A DNA stretch of 24,000 nt from Macrococcus lamae (GTDB lineage: Bacteria > Bacillota > Bacilli > Staphylococcales > Staphylococcaceae), in NCBI RefSeq assembly GCF_004359545.1, contig NZ_SCWB01000019.1, positions 1-24,000 of the forward strand. Direction: 5' to 3'. Positions 6,051 to 15,949 of this stretch are shown piece by piece (position 1 is the first letter of the stretch; every line of letters begins with the position of its first letter). The notes under the pieces are model-generated. The model had not been told where the DNA came from, did not search any database, and saw only the letters and a list, made by a program, of their open reading frames with translations. The translations under genes and the position numbers were made by a program.

Positions 6051-6908
6051 TTAGCGGTTCATCCGTCTGACGTAACGCCCATCTTTCGGGATTGCCATGA
6101 TATCAAAGTTTTCTGCAAGATAATCAAGGTGATGCTCCAAATATTCACCGACGATTTCCTTGCCATGCCCAGTGACTGCAACACGTGGCTTCAGTGCTGC
6201 AAGTCGTCTCACTGATTCTCGTGCAGAGACCCAGTCTGGTGTGAAATATTTCGGCGGACCGTTTAACTCTTCTGTCTGCAGAAATACTTTACGCAGCGAT
6301 TCCTGCTTTACATTGACGAACGCATCGCCTGCAATCAGAACGCGGTCAGCTGGTCTGAAGAATGACACATGACCTGGCGTATGACCAGGTGTATGAATCC
6401 ACTGGAATCCCGGCATAAAAGGCACAGTGCCATCTTCAGGAAGTGCATAGACGTTGTCCTGCAGATTGATCGGCCGCTTCGGAAACATGAATGACATCCG
6501 GGCAGCAAGTCCACCGCCGACACTCGGATCCGGAGACTCATAGTATTCCTTGCCTGTCAGAAACGGAATCTCACGAGGATGTGCGATGACCGGTACTTGC
6601 CAGTCATGAACAAGTTCAATGATAGAGCCGACATGATCAAAGTGACCATGTGTCAATATGATGGCTTTCGGTCTCGCGCCTTTTCCGTAAATATCTTCTG
6701 CTGCCATCTTAATCTGCGTAGCACTGTTCGGAAGACCTCCGTCAACAAGTACAAATTCCTTCGATGACGGATGTCCTACAAAATAGACATTAGCAATTTG
6801 AGTCGTATGGCTGAACAAGTCAGGAAGCACTTGTTTCGTACGTCCGCTTGAAAGTGAAGTGACTGGAATAGATTTGTAATCTTTACCGTATTGCATAGGT
6901 TGTTTCAT
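6051..6908 (-). CDS. MBL-fold metallo-hydrolase
   Basis: ILTHGHFDHVG (HxHxDH), HTPGHTPGH and GDAF motifs. The start was chosen at MKQPMQYG, where AAGGGGGA lies 7 nt upstream. The track start at 6971 adds 21 aa with no SD. Confidence 0.85.
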   Translation of the reverse strand: MKQPMQYGKDYKSIPVTSLSSGRTKQVLPDLFSHTTQIANVYFVGHPSSKEFVLVDGGLPNSATQIKMAAEDIYGKGARPKAIILTHGHFDHVGSIIELVHDWQVPVIAHPREIPFLTGKEYYESPDPSVGGGLAARMSFMFPKRPINLQDNVYALPEDGTVPFMPGFQWIHTPGHTPGHVSFFRPADRVLIAGDAFVNVKQESLRKVFLQTEELNGPPKYFTPDWVSARESVRRLAALKPRVAVTGHGKEIVGEYLEHHLDYLAENFDIMAIPKDGRYVRRMNR

Positions 6909-6984
6909 ATAGCTTTCCCCCTTCTGAAATGTCGCTCTTTCATTATTCCCAATAAATTCAGAATTAATCACAGGCCGACACTCA

Positions 6985-7542
6985 TTATTTACCAGGGTAA
7001 TGAATGACTATATTCAGACGTGTCAATTGATTGCCGGGGTTATGATAGGTATGATGAACGTCTGCATGAAATGATATCGATTCTTCCGCTGCCAGATGAA
7101 ACCGCTCCTCACCGATCATCAGTTCCAGTGCTCCGTCATAGACAGTGATATACTCTGTTGTCCCTGGTCTATGAGGTTTAGCAGCGAAGTATCCTCCTGC
7201 TTCAATTTCTATCATATCTATTTCAACCGGCTTTTTCTGGTCATACGAAAAATACGGATAAACACGATACTTCCCTTCGTCCATCTGCACTTCCTTGAGT
7301 TCTGTTTTCTTCCTGATAGTAATACCTTCTTCAGGCTCACGAATCAGTTCAGTGAATGGAATCTTCAGACCGTTTACAATCTTCCACAATGTCGTGATGG
7401 TAGGAATCGATTCCTGACGTTCAATCTGACCGAGCATCGTCTTACTCACTCCTGTTAGATGAGAGACATTACCGAGCGTCAACTGATGGGCATTACGGTA
7501 AGCTTTTAAGTTAATCGCCACTATTTCATGGATCTCTTTCAT
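6985..7542 (-). CDS. XRE-family HTH transcriptional regulator with a C-terminal cupin domain
   Basis: N-terminal LTLGNVSHLTGVSKTMLGQIERQESIPTITTLWKIVNGL (HTH_3 type). The C-terminal region has a cupin pattern (TEYITVYDGALEL...SFHADVHHTYHNPG). SD AAGGAGG is upstream. Confidence 0.85.
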   Translation of the reverse strand: MKEIHEIVAINLKAYRNAHQLTLGNVSHLTGVSKTMLGQIERQESIPTITTLWKIVNGLKIPFTELIREPEEGITIRKKTELKEVQMDEGKYRVYPYFSYDQKKPVEIDMIEIEAGGYFAAKPHRPGTTEYITVYDGALELMIGEERFHLAAEESISFHADVHHTYHNPGNQLTRLNIVIHYPGK

Positions 7543-7560
7543 GACAAATCATCCTCCTTA

Positions 7561-7589
7561 AAAAACAGGCGATCTACTAAGATCGCCTG
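7561..7589 (-). terminator. glmS terminator
   Basis: The minus strand reads CAGGCGATC-ttagta-GATCGCCTG followed by TTTTT. An extra ATCGCCTG repeat at 7590-7597 allows an alternative pairing. Confidence 0.8.
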
Positions 7590-7615
7590 ATCGCCTGTTT
7601 TATGTTATCTATCAA

Positions 7616-9418
7616 TTATTCTACTGTTACTGATTTCGCTAAGTTACGCGGTTTGTCAACGTCACAGTCTCTATGAAGTGCTGCGTAGTACGCAATCAGC
7701 TGAGTCGTTACGACTGAAACAAGTGGCGCGAGCATTTCATGAACAGCTGGAATGACGTAAGTATCGCCTTCCTGCTCAAGACCGCTCATTGTAATGATAC
7801 ATGGATTCGCACCACGTGCGACAACTTCCTTCACGTTACCGCGGATTGATAAGTTCACTGCTTCCTGTGTTGCAAGTGCAATAACAGGCGTGCCTTCTTC
7901 AATCAACGCGATTGTACCATGTTTCAATTCACCGCCGGCAAAGCCCTCTGCCTGGATGTAAGAGATTTCTTTCAGTTTCAATGATCCTTCAACGCCTACA
8001 TAATAGTCCATTGTACGGCCGATGAAGAATGCATTACGCGTTGTTGCAAGGAATTCACGTGCAATTTCTTCCATGCGTGGTGCGTCGTCGACAACAGTTG
8101 TGATCGCCGCTGTCACTTTTGCAAGTTCAGGCAGCAAGTCGATATCTGCTTCGTGGCCGGCATCTTTTGCGACAACTTGAGCTAAAATCGCAAGAACTGC
8201 AATCTGTGCTGTATAAGCTTTAGTTGATGCTACTGCAATCTCTGGACCCGCATGAAGAATCAATGTATGATCCGCTTCACGGGATAACGTAGAACCTGGC
8301 ACGTTTGTGATTGTCAGTGCTGTATGACCCAGCTCTTTGACCGCGACAAGGACGGCACGGCTGTCTGCTGTTTCACCTGACTGAGAAATGAAGATGAACA
8401 ATGGCTTCTCAGATAATAACGGCATATTGTAAACGAACTCACTTGCCACGTGAACTTCTGTCGGAACCTTCGCCCATTTCTCAAGGTATTCTTTACCGAC
8501 AAGACCAGCATTGTAAGACGTTCCACATGCAACGATATAGATGCGGTCAACCTGACGTACAGCCTGGATGATGTCAGCATCTACTTTAAGCGCGCCATCA
8601 GCATCCTGATATTCCTGAATGATTTTACGCATTACGCCTGGTTGTTCGTGGATTTCTTTCAACATATAGTGTGCATAAGTGCCTTTCTCTATATCAGATG
8701 CATCGATTTCAGCTTTGTAAGGCGCACGTTCAATGACGTTACCTTCAACATCCTTAATTGTCACACTGTCTTTAGTGACAAGCACGATTTCACCATCAAC
8801 AAGTTCAACGTATGTGTCTGTCACTTGCAGCATCGCCATAGCGTCTGATGCGATGACGTTGAATCCTTCGCCAAGACCGACAAGTAACGGTGATTTGTTT
8901 TTTGCTACATAAATCACGTCAGGATTTTCTTTATCGAGTAAACCTAATGCATAAGACCCGTGCAATAATTTCAGAACTGCGACGAATGCTTCTTCAGTAG
9001 CCATGCCTTCTTTCGCGAAATGTTCTACTAACTGCACGATGATCTCAGTGTCTGTATCTGATTTGAATGTCACATCTGATAAATACTCTTTTTTAAGCTG
9101 CTCGTAGTTCTCGATCACACCGTTATGCACTAATGTGAAACGCTCAGATTCTGATTGATGCGGGTGAGAGTTCACATGATTCGGTACACCATGCGTCGCC
9201 CAGCGTGTATGACCGATACCAGTAGAAGTTTCGAATGATGAATCAACGACTTTGCGCAGTTCAGCGATCCGACCTTTTTCTTTGTAGACACGTACATCTT
9301 CACCGTTACGGACAGCGATACCCGCTGAATCATAACCACGGTACTCTAATTTCTCAAGACCTTTTAATAAAATTTCCTTTGCATCTTCTGTTCCAATATA
9401 TCCAACGATACCACACAT
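7616..9418 (-). CDS. glmS: Glutamine--fructose-6-phosphate aminotransferase (isomerising)
   Basis: [10 protein letters not shown]-terminal nucleophile start, two SIS domains, the C-terminal ...[11 protein letters not shown], and a length of 600 aa. It is preceded by a glmS ribozyme. Confidence 0.98.
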   Translation of the reverse strand: MCGIVGYIGTEDAKEILLKGLEKLEYRGYDSAGIAVRNGEDVRVYKEKGRIAELRKVVDSSFETSTGIGHTRWATHGVPNHVNSHPHQSESERFTLVHNGVIENYEQLKKEYLSDVTFKSDTDTEIIVQLVEHFAKEGMATEEAFVAVLKLLHGSYALGLLDKENPDVIYVAKNKSPLLVGLGEGFNVIASDAMAMLQVTDTYVELVDGEIVLVTKDSVTIKDVEGNVIERAPYKAEIDASDIEKGTYAHYMLKEIHEQPGVMRKIIQEYQDADGALKVDADIIQAVRQVDRIYIVACGTSYNAGLVGKEYLEKWAKVPTEVHVASEFVYNMPLLSEKPLFIFISQSGETADSRAVLVAVKELGHTALTITNVPGSTLSREADHTLILHAGPEIAVASTKAYTAQIAVLAILAQVVAKDAGHEADIDLLPELAKVTAAITTVVDDAPRMEEIAREFLATTRNAFFIGRTMDYYVGVEGSLKLKEISYIQAEGFAGGELKHGTIALIEEGTPVIALATQEAVNLSIRGNVKEVVARGANPCIITMSGLEQEGDTYVIPAVHEMLAPLVSVVTTQLIAYYAALHRDCDVDKPRNLAKSVTVE

Positions 9419-9494
9419 AATGATTTCCTCCGATTGCTGGCTTATGCCATATTTTATAAATGTGTATTTCAGTATGTCAGTTTAGAGTATTTGC

Positions 9495-9640
9495 TTGCGC
9501 TGACGTCTTTGTGCCACCAGTCACCTGGCAGATTTAACGATCAGCTATCGAATAAGCATGTCCGGAATGGCATCCGCCGAAAGTTCGATAACCATTCTCC
9601 TCGTCAACAGTATCCACTGTTCTGGCGCTGTATCCCTTAT
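9495..9640 (-). promoter_or_regulatory. glmS ribozyme (GlcN6P-responsive self-cleaving leader)
   Basis: The minus strand reads AGCGCCAGAACAGUGGAUACUGUUGACGAGGAGAAUGGUUAUCGAACUUUCGGCGGAUGCCAUUCCGG...CUGCCAGGUGACUGGUGGCACAAAGA. This matches the conserved glmS ribozyme core (AGCGCCAGAAC...GACGAGGA...GGUUAUCGAA..UUUCGGCGGAUGCC). The boundaries are approximate. Confidence 0.9.
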
Positions 9641-9677
9641 TACTCCTTTAATCCTCCTGTTCTGCTAAACTTTATTA

Positions 9678-9706
9678 ATTGTACTATTTTTTCATAATTC
9701 AAACAA
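9678..9706 (-). promoter_or_regulatory. Putative sigma-A promoter of glmS (TTGTTT - 17 nt - TACAAT)
   Basis: The hexamers, read on the minus strand, lie about 40 nt upstream of the ribozyme core. Confidence 0.55.
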
Positions 9707-9744
9707 GGGTGGAGATTTCCGGACTTTTTCTCTTCATTAATGAC

Positions 9745-10788
9745 TCAGTCCCAAAAATCATCCGTCATGTGCTCTAGCCGCTGCAGCGCTTCTTCGACAC
9801 CATAACTGATGCCTTCCTTGGCAAAGTCACGCTCGTGTTTTGTAATTTCCCGTGCTGCGAACAAAAAGGTATAGAAGCGTCTCAGCGATGTGCCGAACTG
9901 TCTGACTTCCTTACTTCCCACCCATAGCGCCTTCCGAACGAGGAAGTCATCCAGGAAATCATACGGGTCACGCATATCAGTCACTGGCGTTCTGATGCCG
10001 TAATTCAGCAGATAGACGTCGACGAAAAAGGCGATATTTTCTACGTGTTCGGAAGCTGTCTGCTCCGTCATTTTATCGTGATTGATCAAATAATGGCGGA
10101 ATGACTCGAGCAGCTTCTGATTATTGTCTTGAACCTCTGCAGCAATCGTCTCATAGCCCTCAAACCAGCCTCCGTTCGCTGCGTAGTCATCCCAGTGAGA
10201 GAACGGCTGCCACGTGCGCGTCACTTTGTATCGTGTCATCTTCTGGTGTTCGAGTGGCACGACAGGTCTCAATTTAATATGCGCTTTGAACGCTTGCTTC
10301 AGGGCTGACTTGCCCGTACGATATTCCGGCTTCAGAAACGGATAGTCGCTGAGCTTGTCCATCAATGGCTGAGGAAATCGCTCCGTTAAATCAATGTGCT
10401 GGTAGGACAGCAGCTTGACATACTGATTAACCGCACTGATAACCGAACGATTATAAGCTGTATTCACTTCCAGCGTCCTGGCATTGGTTAAATACCGTTC
10501 AATATTATCCGGGTCATGCAGCACTGCATTGAACTGCTGTCTAATCCCCTGTTCAATCAGCACATCCAATTGTTTTCTATCCTGCGCCTTAACGTCCGTA
10601 ATAATCACCGGCGTATAAGTCAGGTCATTGACGAGAACAAGCACTTTCTTACGGTCGACGTTGATATAAGTCGCATGCCATGAATACAGCGGATTAGCAG
10701 CAGCGGCACTTTCCGCCTCTAGTCTACTTGTGCTCGGCGTTAACTGATTGAACAGTGGCAAGGTCTTCTTAGTAGGATTGATGATCAT
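9745..10788 (-). CDS. Hypothetical two-domain protein (347 aa); the N-terminus resembles the DUF6933-type pattern
   Basis: SD GAGGA lies 6 nt upstream. The N-terminus reads MIINPTKKTL...PLYSWHATYINVDRKKVLVLVNDLTYTPVII, a pattern I recall from uncharacterised DUF6933-like proteins. The C-terminal half is helical with no catalytic motif I recognise. Confidence 0.7.
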   Translation of the reverse strand: MIINPTKKTLPLFNQLTPSTSRLEAESAAAANPLYSWHATYINVDRKKVLVLVNDLTYTPVIITDVKAQDRKQLDVLIEQGIRQQFNAVLHDPDNIERYLTNARTLEVNTAYNRSVISAVNQYVKLLSYQHIDLTERFPQPLMDKLSDYPFLKPEYRTGKSALKQAFKAHIKLRPVVPLEHQKMTRYKVTRTWQPFSHWDDYAANGGWFEGYETIAAEVQDNNQKLLESFRHYLINHDKMTEQTASEHVENIAFFVDVYLLNYGIRTPVTDMRDPYDFLDDFLVRKALWVGSKEVRQFGTSLRRFYTFLFAAREITKHERDFAKEGISYGVEEALQRLEHMTDDFWD

Positions 10789-10851
10789 CGAATTCCTCGT
10801 TTCTGGGGTGGATTTGCAGGTTGGTCATCGGGAAGATGGACATCATTGACA

Positions 10852-11625
10852 TCAATCAACAATAGCCGCCACCTTTGCTTTGTCCGACCATCTGACAATT
10901 TCTATATCTTCACTGCGAGCAGCCATTAAAACTTTATCTGATAGCTTATTATCCTCGTCATTGGCAATTATCTTATAAACGGGCTTGATTCCTTCCAGAT
11001 GATAACGTTCATTGACGACATCCTTGTATTTAAAGGCATCCGTAGTAAAGACATTGAAATTCAGGTCGTTCACGAAATCAATCAGGATCTCTGGCTTATG
11101 CTTACGAGGATTGATCACAAAGTTAATTTTATAATTGATGCCAGTCGTTCCGGTCAGACTTTGATTATATGAACCATATATTTCTTTTTCCTCAAAATAA
11201 GACAACACTTCGTCGACAAACAAATTAGAAACATTACTCTTAGTAGTCATAGTCAAATCATAAATTTTCAAAATGCCTTGCATTAAATCATGCTTGCTCT
11301 GTGCAAAGTGTCTTGCATCTGTATCAATATATATTTCATTATCAGCCATGCTTAAATTAAATTGTTTGAGTGTATGTGAAATAATTCTTTGTCGCGTCTC
11401 ATTCTTAAAATCAATCAACTACATCTCAAGTTCATTTAATGTCTGCCCGTCGTCAGATAAACGAAATTGATTATTTTCAAGAGGTTCTACGTATATGCGA
11501 ATATAGTCATTGATATGATTACGGAATGGCGTCTCAATCTCCACCACTTCATTAAGATAATTAATAGACGATTTGTTCTTCAAAAACAAAAAATAATCAT
11601 TCATCAGCTGATCGATATTTTTCAT
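10852..11625 (-). pseudogene. DUF1828/DUF1829-family gene interrupted by an in-frame TAG (11421..11419)
   Basis: The 68-aa ORF (DUF1828-like) and the 188-aa ORF (DUF1829-like) are in the same frame, separated only by TAG: ...AAT GAA CTT GAG ATG TAG TTG ATT GAT... The downstream part would need a TTG start and has no SD. Confidence 0.65.
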
Positions 11626-11835
11626 ATACGCTGCTCCTTTTTATAGTATGTCATCAAAGATGAAGGAAGCCAAAGATTTCTTTCATAATATCATAAAACT
11701 TTAACAGCAGTTCCTTTAACTATATTACCAGCTTTATCTTCAAAGTAGACTGTAAGGACTGCGGTAAGTTATACAATCAAGTTAGCCATCTAAGATGGAA
11801 GATACATTATTTATAAAAAAATACGCCATACTGAT

Positions 11836-11866
11836 AAAAAAACTTACACTGTGAAAGTGTAAGCTT
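11836..11866 (-). terminator. Terminator after the formamidase/FmdB pair
   Basis: The minus strand reads GCTTACACT-ttcac-AGTGTAAGT followed by TTTTTTT. Confidence 0.8.
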
Positions 11867-11868
11867 CC

Positions 11869-12138
11869 CTATAACGTCCATGGCATAGGATTTTGATTAC
11901 GATTGAGTTGTTTGACATTACTCTTTGGGAGGTTTTCGCGTTTAACGACTTTCGGTGTCATGCCTGAATTGATTCTTTTGTATAACTTTGAATCCATTTG
12001 ATTCGTTCTAAAACTTTTATAGATCCGGTTTGTCACTTCACCACATTCAGGGCAGGCGTCTTCTTGCAAATTACTGTTCATTGATTTCCATATGTCATAT
12101 TCTCCGCAACGTTGGCAAACAAATGTATATTTAGGCAT
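11869..12138 (-). CDS. FmdB-family zinc-ribbon (putative regulatory) protein
   Basis: MPKYTFVCQRCGEYD...CPECGE gives a CxxC...CxxC ribbon. The start overlaps the formamidase stop (TAATG), which implies translational coupling. Confidence 0.8.
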   Translation of the reverse strand: MPKYTFVCQRCGEYDIWKSMNSNLQEDACPECGEVTNRIYKSFRTNQMDSKLYKRINSGMTPKVVKRENLPKSNVKQLNRNQNPMPWTL

Positions 12139-13325
12139 TATTCATCAAGCTTCGGAATAATATTATTTAAGAAGATTTCTTTAGGTAAAGAAACCGTACA
12201 ACATGCATTTGGAACATCAACAATACCCGCAACATTACCTTGAACGGGTGCTGATCCGAGTAGCATATAAGCCTGCTCACCTGTGTAACCGCATGATTTC
12301 AAGAATTCAATCGCATTGAGACATGCATTTCTGTATGCCGTATTGGCATCTAAATACGTTTGGTCACCAGAAAATTCATTGACTGAGATCCCTTCAAATA
12401 CTAAGTACTCATTATAATGCGGCATCACTGGCCCGGGTTGGAAGGCCGGATTTCTCTTAATCTTGTACTTGTCCATGCCACCTTTAATGACATTCACTTT
12501 AAGCTTAATCCAGCCGGGCATTTCAATACCGCCACAGAAAGTAATCTCACCGTCACCTTGAGAGAAATGTAAATCCCCAACAGATAGCTTAGCACCATCA
12601 ACAAATACAGGGAAGTAAATTCTGGAACCTTTCGATAAGTTCTTAATATCACAGTTACCACCGTTCTCACGTGGTGGTACAGTACGTGCACCTTCTTTAG
12701 CCACACGATCAAAATCTGCGCCTTTCAACGTACCCAGTACACAAGAATCAGGATCTGGTAAATTCGCTAATGCCGGGACTCGATTCGGATTCGTATCAAC
12801 TAATGCCTTCTCACGTCTATTCCACTCATCCAGCATTTCCTGACTCGGTGCAACACCAATTAAGCCAGGGTGAATAATACCTGCAAATTTAACATTCGGG
12901 ACATGACGACTCGTCGCATAAATACCTTCAAAATCCCAAATTGACTTCGCTGCATTTGGATAATGATCCACTAAGAAACTACCGCCATTTTCCTTAGCAA
13001 AAATACCATTAAAACCCCACTCATGCGCACTGAAAGTACCAATATCTAAAATATCAACCACTAACAAATCACCAGGTTCAACACCATTAACATAAACCGG
13101 ACCACTCAGAACATGAACACGATTTAAATTAACGTTCTTAATATCTGTTGGATCATCATTATTGCTGATCTGACCATCCGTCCAGTCTAAACATTCCATT
13201 TTGAAACTTTCCCCAGGTTCAACAGAAAAAGCAGCCGGAATATCAGGATGCCATCTATTATGTCCTGGATATTTCTGTTCGTGCATCTTTTTAGTTAAAT
13301 CGATTTCGAAGATTTTTTTCGCCAT
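12138..13325 (-). CDS. Formamidase/acetamidase (FmdA_AmdA family amidohydrolase)
   Basis: 395 aa. YPGHNRWHPDIP, VHVLSGPVYVNGVEPGDLLVVDILDIG and GGNCDIKNL are characteristic of the acetamidase/formamidase family. SD AGGAGGG is upstream, and there is a TTGTAA-17-TATACT promoter candidate. Confidence 0.88.
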   Translation of the reverse strand: MAKKIFEIDLTKKMHEQKYPGHNRWHPDIPAAFSVEPGESFKMECLDWTDGQISNNDDPTDIKNVNLNRVHVLSGPVYVNGVEPGDLLVVDILDIGTFSAHEWGFNGIFAKENGGSFLVDHYPNAAKSIWDFEGIYATSRHVPNVKFAGIIHPGLIGVAPSQEMLDEWNRREKALVDTNPNRVPALANLPDPDSCVLGTLKGADFDRVAKEGARTVPPRENGGNCDIKNLSKGSRIYFPVFVDGAKLSVGDLHFSQGDGEITFCGGIEMPGWIKLKVNVIKGGMDKYKIKRNPAFQPGPVMPHYNEYLVFEGISVNEFSGDQTYLDANTAYRNACLNAIEFLKSCGYTGEQAYMLLGSAPVQGNVAGIVDVPNACCTVSLPKEIFLNNIIPKLDE

Positions 13326-13402
13326 TTGAGTCCCTCCTATTAAACTAATATTACACTTTTAGTATAGTAATATTTTCTGAAAATTACAATTTTTATGGAG
13401 TT

Positions 13403-13438
13403 AAAAAATAAAAAAAGACAAGAAATCAATCTTGTCTC
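13403..13438 (-). terminator. Terminator downstream of the KAP NTPase gene
   Basis: The minus strand reads AGACAAG-attgattt-CTTGTCT followed by TTTTTTTATTTTTT. Confidence 0.7.
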
Positions 13439-13591
13439 AAAGTCTCCAATAATCTATTTTCACTTTGACATGCTACTATAACTGACAAAGACGCATAATA
13501 TCAATCTTCTGGTAAAACTGATGCTGAAGACTAAGAAATCGTCATAATTAATTCACATCAACTTGGTAATAATCATCTTTATTATTGACTA

Positions 13592-15451
13592 TTATTTTAT
13601 CGACCTAACTTTAAACTTCAATCTATTATAATCATATTCATTTTCAGTTACAGCATACAATATTCTATATAATGCATCCAATCCCGCTTCAGCATTATAG
13701 TGATAACCGAGTTTCAGTTTCTTATTTTTTTCAGGTATATATATTGTTGCACACTTAGGATATTTAGTATCATCCTTTTCTATTATCTCCGCTTCTTTAG
13801 CAACGCTTTCCGGCACGTTATTCTCTATTAAAAATTGAGGATTTGATAAACGTTCTAAATAGATTTCTTGATTGTTTATATCTCTTAATAAATCACTTAT
13901 TACTACGCTGAAAGCATACTTCGGTTCCATATTTTCCTTAAGACTTCCATCAATCTGTTTTAAAGAAATCGATTTTCTCTGAATCTTATATTTATATCTC
14001 TCTTTATAGAAATCTTGAAGACTAATTTCTTCTTCATCACCAAACGTTCTTACATTCTCTATTGTATCAGTCTTCTCTCCAGAACTTGTCGTTTCACTAT
14101 AACCAAGAATATTAATGAAATCAGTCAAATGATCAGTAGACAGTTCCTCATTTTCACTTATTCCTAACTTCCCTGACTCGTCATTAAAATAGAGTGAATT
14201 AAGAAGGTCGTGTGTTAGCTGTAAAAACCTTTCGTATTTTTTAAGATTATACTCAATCTCTTCATCATATACAGTACCGTAATTAAAATGTTCTAATTCT
14301 TCATGTAACTGATTATCGAAAGATATATCTTCTTCCGTTGTTTGAGTTATGAGTTCTAATATTTTCTCTTCATCATGTTTATACTTAATAAGTAAAATAT
14401 ATAGAGGCTGACTAGATAATTGCATACAAATAACAGAAAGCATTAGAGCTTGATATTTTTTATCGTTCATTAACGTTTGATCTAATGCCATCACTCGCAT
14501 ATTTAATGAGTAATAATTTATAAGTCTTTTAATCGCTCTAGGATTGCTACCAACTGAAAACTTAATTATTTCTAACAAAGGTTTGATATAGTTATCCGTA
14601 TTATCTTTAAATAAATCTATTTTTTCTTTAAGCAATGATTCATATTTATAAACTTCAACTGGAATTTTAAAAGGTACTTGAATCATTTTTTCCATAAAAC
14701 TTTTAGTTTTCTCATTCGAAGTATTTTTTATATGTTTAACACCTTGTTCTATCACTTTGTTATCAACCGCTAAAACAAATACGCAACCTTCTACATCAAC
14801 AAATAGTTTAATCACTTCTAATAATTTAACTGCAATTTCTGGTGATAAACGATCTAAGTCATCGATAAAGATGACTATTCTCCCGTCTTTACCTAATCTA
14901 GAAAGTCTATTATTAACAACTTCTTGCATAGTTTTCCTCAACACACTTATCATTTGTGCAATGTCTAAAGTTGTTAACTCATTTCCATCTTCTTGAGTTT
15001 CTGCATCTTTACCTATTGGAAATGTATATCCTAGTGGACCTAAAGTGATAGTTCCACCACTCACTGCTTTCGATAGTCCATTTAAAATTTTATTAATTCT
15101 TCCTCTTTCTTTTTCATTTTCTTGTACTCCAATTTCATTTATAAGATACTTCAGAAAGGAAATGCCTATATGATGCTCTAAATTAAATTGTGAATATTGC
15201 CACGTATTAAATTTAAATGTAATTATCTTATCTCGGTTGTTTTCTCTAAGATAATTATCTATAAAGTTTATAAATGATGTCTTCCCTGTTCCCCAACCAC
15301 CTTGTAATGCGATAGTGATAGGTGTCTCACAATACTCAATAAATTCGCCCAATGCTTCAACATATGGTATGATTTCAAATTTATCATGCTTACTTTCACT
15401 TATTGGAGTATCATTTGTTCCCAAACCATATTCTCTTCTTGTTTTCATCAA
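13592..15451 (-). CDS. KAP-family P-loop NTPase (619 aa) with an uncharacterised C-terminal region
   Basis: Walker A LQGGWGTGKTSFINF and Walker B RIVIFIDDLDRL, followed by AVKLLEVIKLF, which is the KAP NTPase pattern. No TM hairpin lies between Walker A and B. SD AAGGGGAGAG is upstream. The gene is very AT-rich; spot counts give 20-30% G+C. Confidence 0.85.
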   Translation of the reverse strand: MMKTRREYGLGTNDTPISESKHDKFEIIPYVEALGEFIEYCETPITIALQGGWGTGKTSFINFIDNYLRENNRDKIITFKFNTWQYSQFNLEHHIGISFLKYLINEIGVQENEKERGRINKILNGLSKAVSGGTITLGPLGYTFPIGKDAETQEDGNELTTLDIAQMISVLRKTMQEVVNNRLSRLGKDGRIVIFIDDLDRLSPEIAVKLLEVIKLFVDVEGCVFVLAVDNKVIEQGVKHIKNTSNEKTKSFMEKMIQVPFKIPVEVYKYESLLKEKIDLFKDNTDNYIKPLLEIIKFSVGSNPRAIKRLINYYSLNMRVMALDQTLMNDKKYQALMLSVICMQLSSQPLYILLIKYKHDEEKILELITQTTEEDISFDNQLHEELEHFNYGTVYDEEIEYNLKKYERFLQLTHDLLNSLYFNDESGKLGISENEELSTDHLTDFINILGYSETTSSGEKTDTIENVRTFGDEEEISLQDFYKERYKYKIQRKSISLKQIDGSLKENMEPKYAFSVVISDLLRDINNQEIYLERLSNPQFLIENNVPESVAKEAEIIEKDDTKYPKCATIYIPEKNKKLKLGYHYNAEAGLDALYRILYAVTENEYDYNRLKFKVRSIK

Positions 15452-15679
15452 ACTCTCCCCTTTTTACAAACTTAATTCACAGTATTTCTCTTTTAAGCCT
15501 TACAAATAAATTTAGAATAAATTTTGCTTTCACACCACTTTGACCTTTTAAATTTGCTTTTCTCTTCTTATCACACTTAATCTCCTAATAAGTAAAATTG
15601 TCAATATAATTTATTGTTTACATAAACATTATACTTCTAAGTTATTAAAATAGTATAATTACTTTGTAAATATTTTATT

Positions 15680-15949
15680 ATGAGGGTTTATATGGAAAAA
15701 AATGAGATGGAGATAATACGACTTATTAAGTCCATTAACCACAATAAAGATTTCTAATATCGTTTCCATCAAACAATTGTGACCCATAATTTCACAAATG
15801 TGCAGGATGATCTTGCTCATTATCTGAAAGTCCATATTCTGTTAAGTCATATTGAAAGTAATTTGTCTAAAGCCAAGCTGATAGAAAAAAATTATACGGT
15901 ATCTCTGCAAATAGATGTGTCACACCACTCATATCTAGAGATACAATAA
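15680..15949 (+). pseudogene. Possible decayed small gene (89-codon frame with one internal TAA at 15755)
   Basis: ATG (15680 or 15692; GAGGG lies upstream of the latter)...KDF-TAA-YRFHQTIVTHNFTNVQDDLAHYLKVHILLSHIESNLSKAKLIEKNYTVSLQIDVSHHSYLEIQ-TAA. A 63-codon open stretch is unusual in roughly 70% A+T DNA. No family was recognised. Confidence 0.25.

Noticed and set aside
6985-7615. A Tn7-like insertion at the canonical attTn7 position just downstream of glmS.
   Set aside because: No tnsABCD-like genes or Tn7 end repeats are present. The DNA after the glmS terminator encodes an ordinary XRE-cupin regulator, an MBL hydrolase and a FlaR-like kinase.
9434-9697. An 87-aa plus-strand ORF upstream of glmS (and 9235-9420 overlapping the glmS start).
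   Set aside because: This region is the glmS ribozyme, leader and promoter read on the opposite strand. The ribozyme core sequence explains the conservation-like structure.
13461-15543. A 9-bp direct repeat CACTTTGAC (13461-13469 and 15535-15543) flanking the KAP gene, considered as possible target-site duplication or att sites.
   Set aside because: A single 9-mer match between two AT-rich flanks of a few hundred nt is expected by chance, and no associated inverted repeats or recombinase were found.
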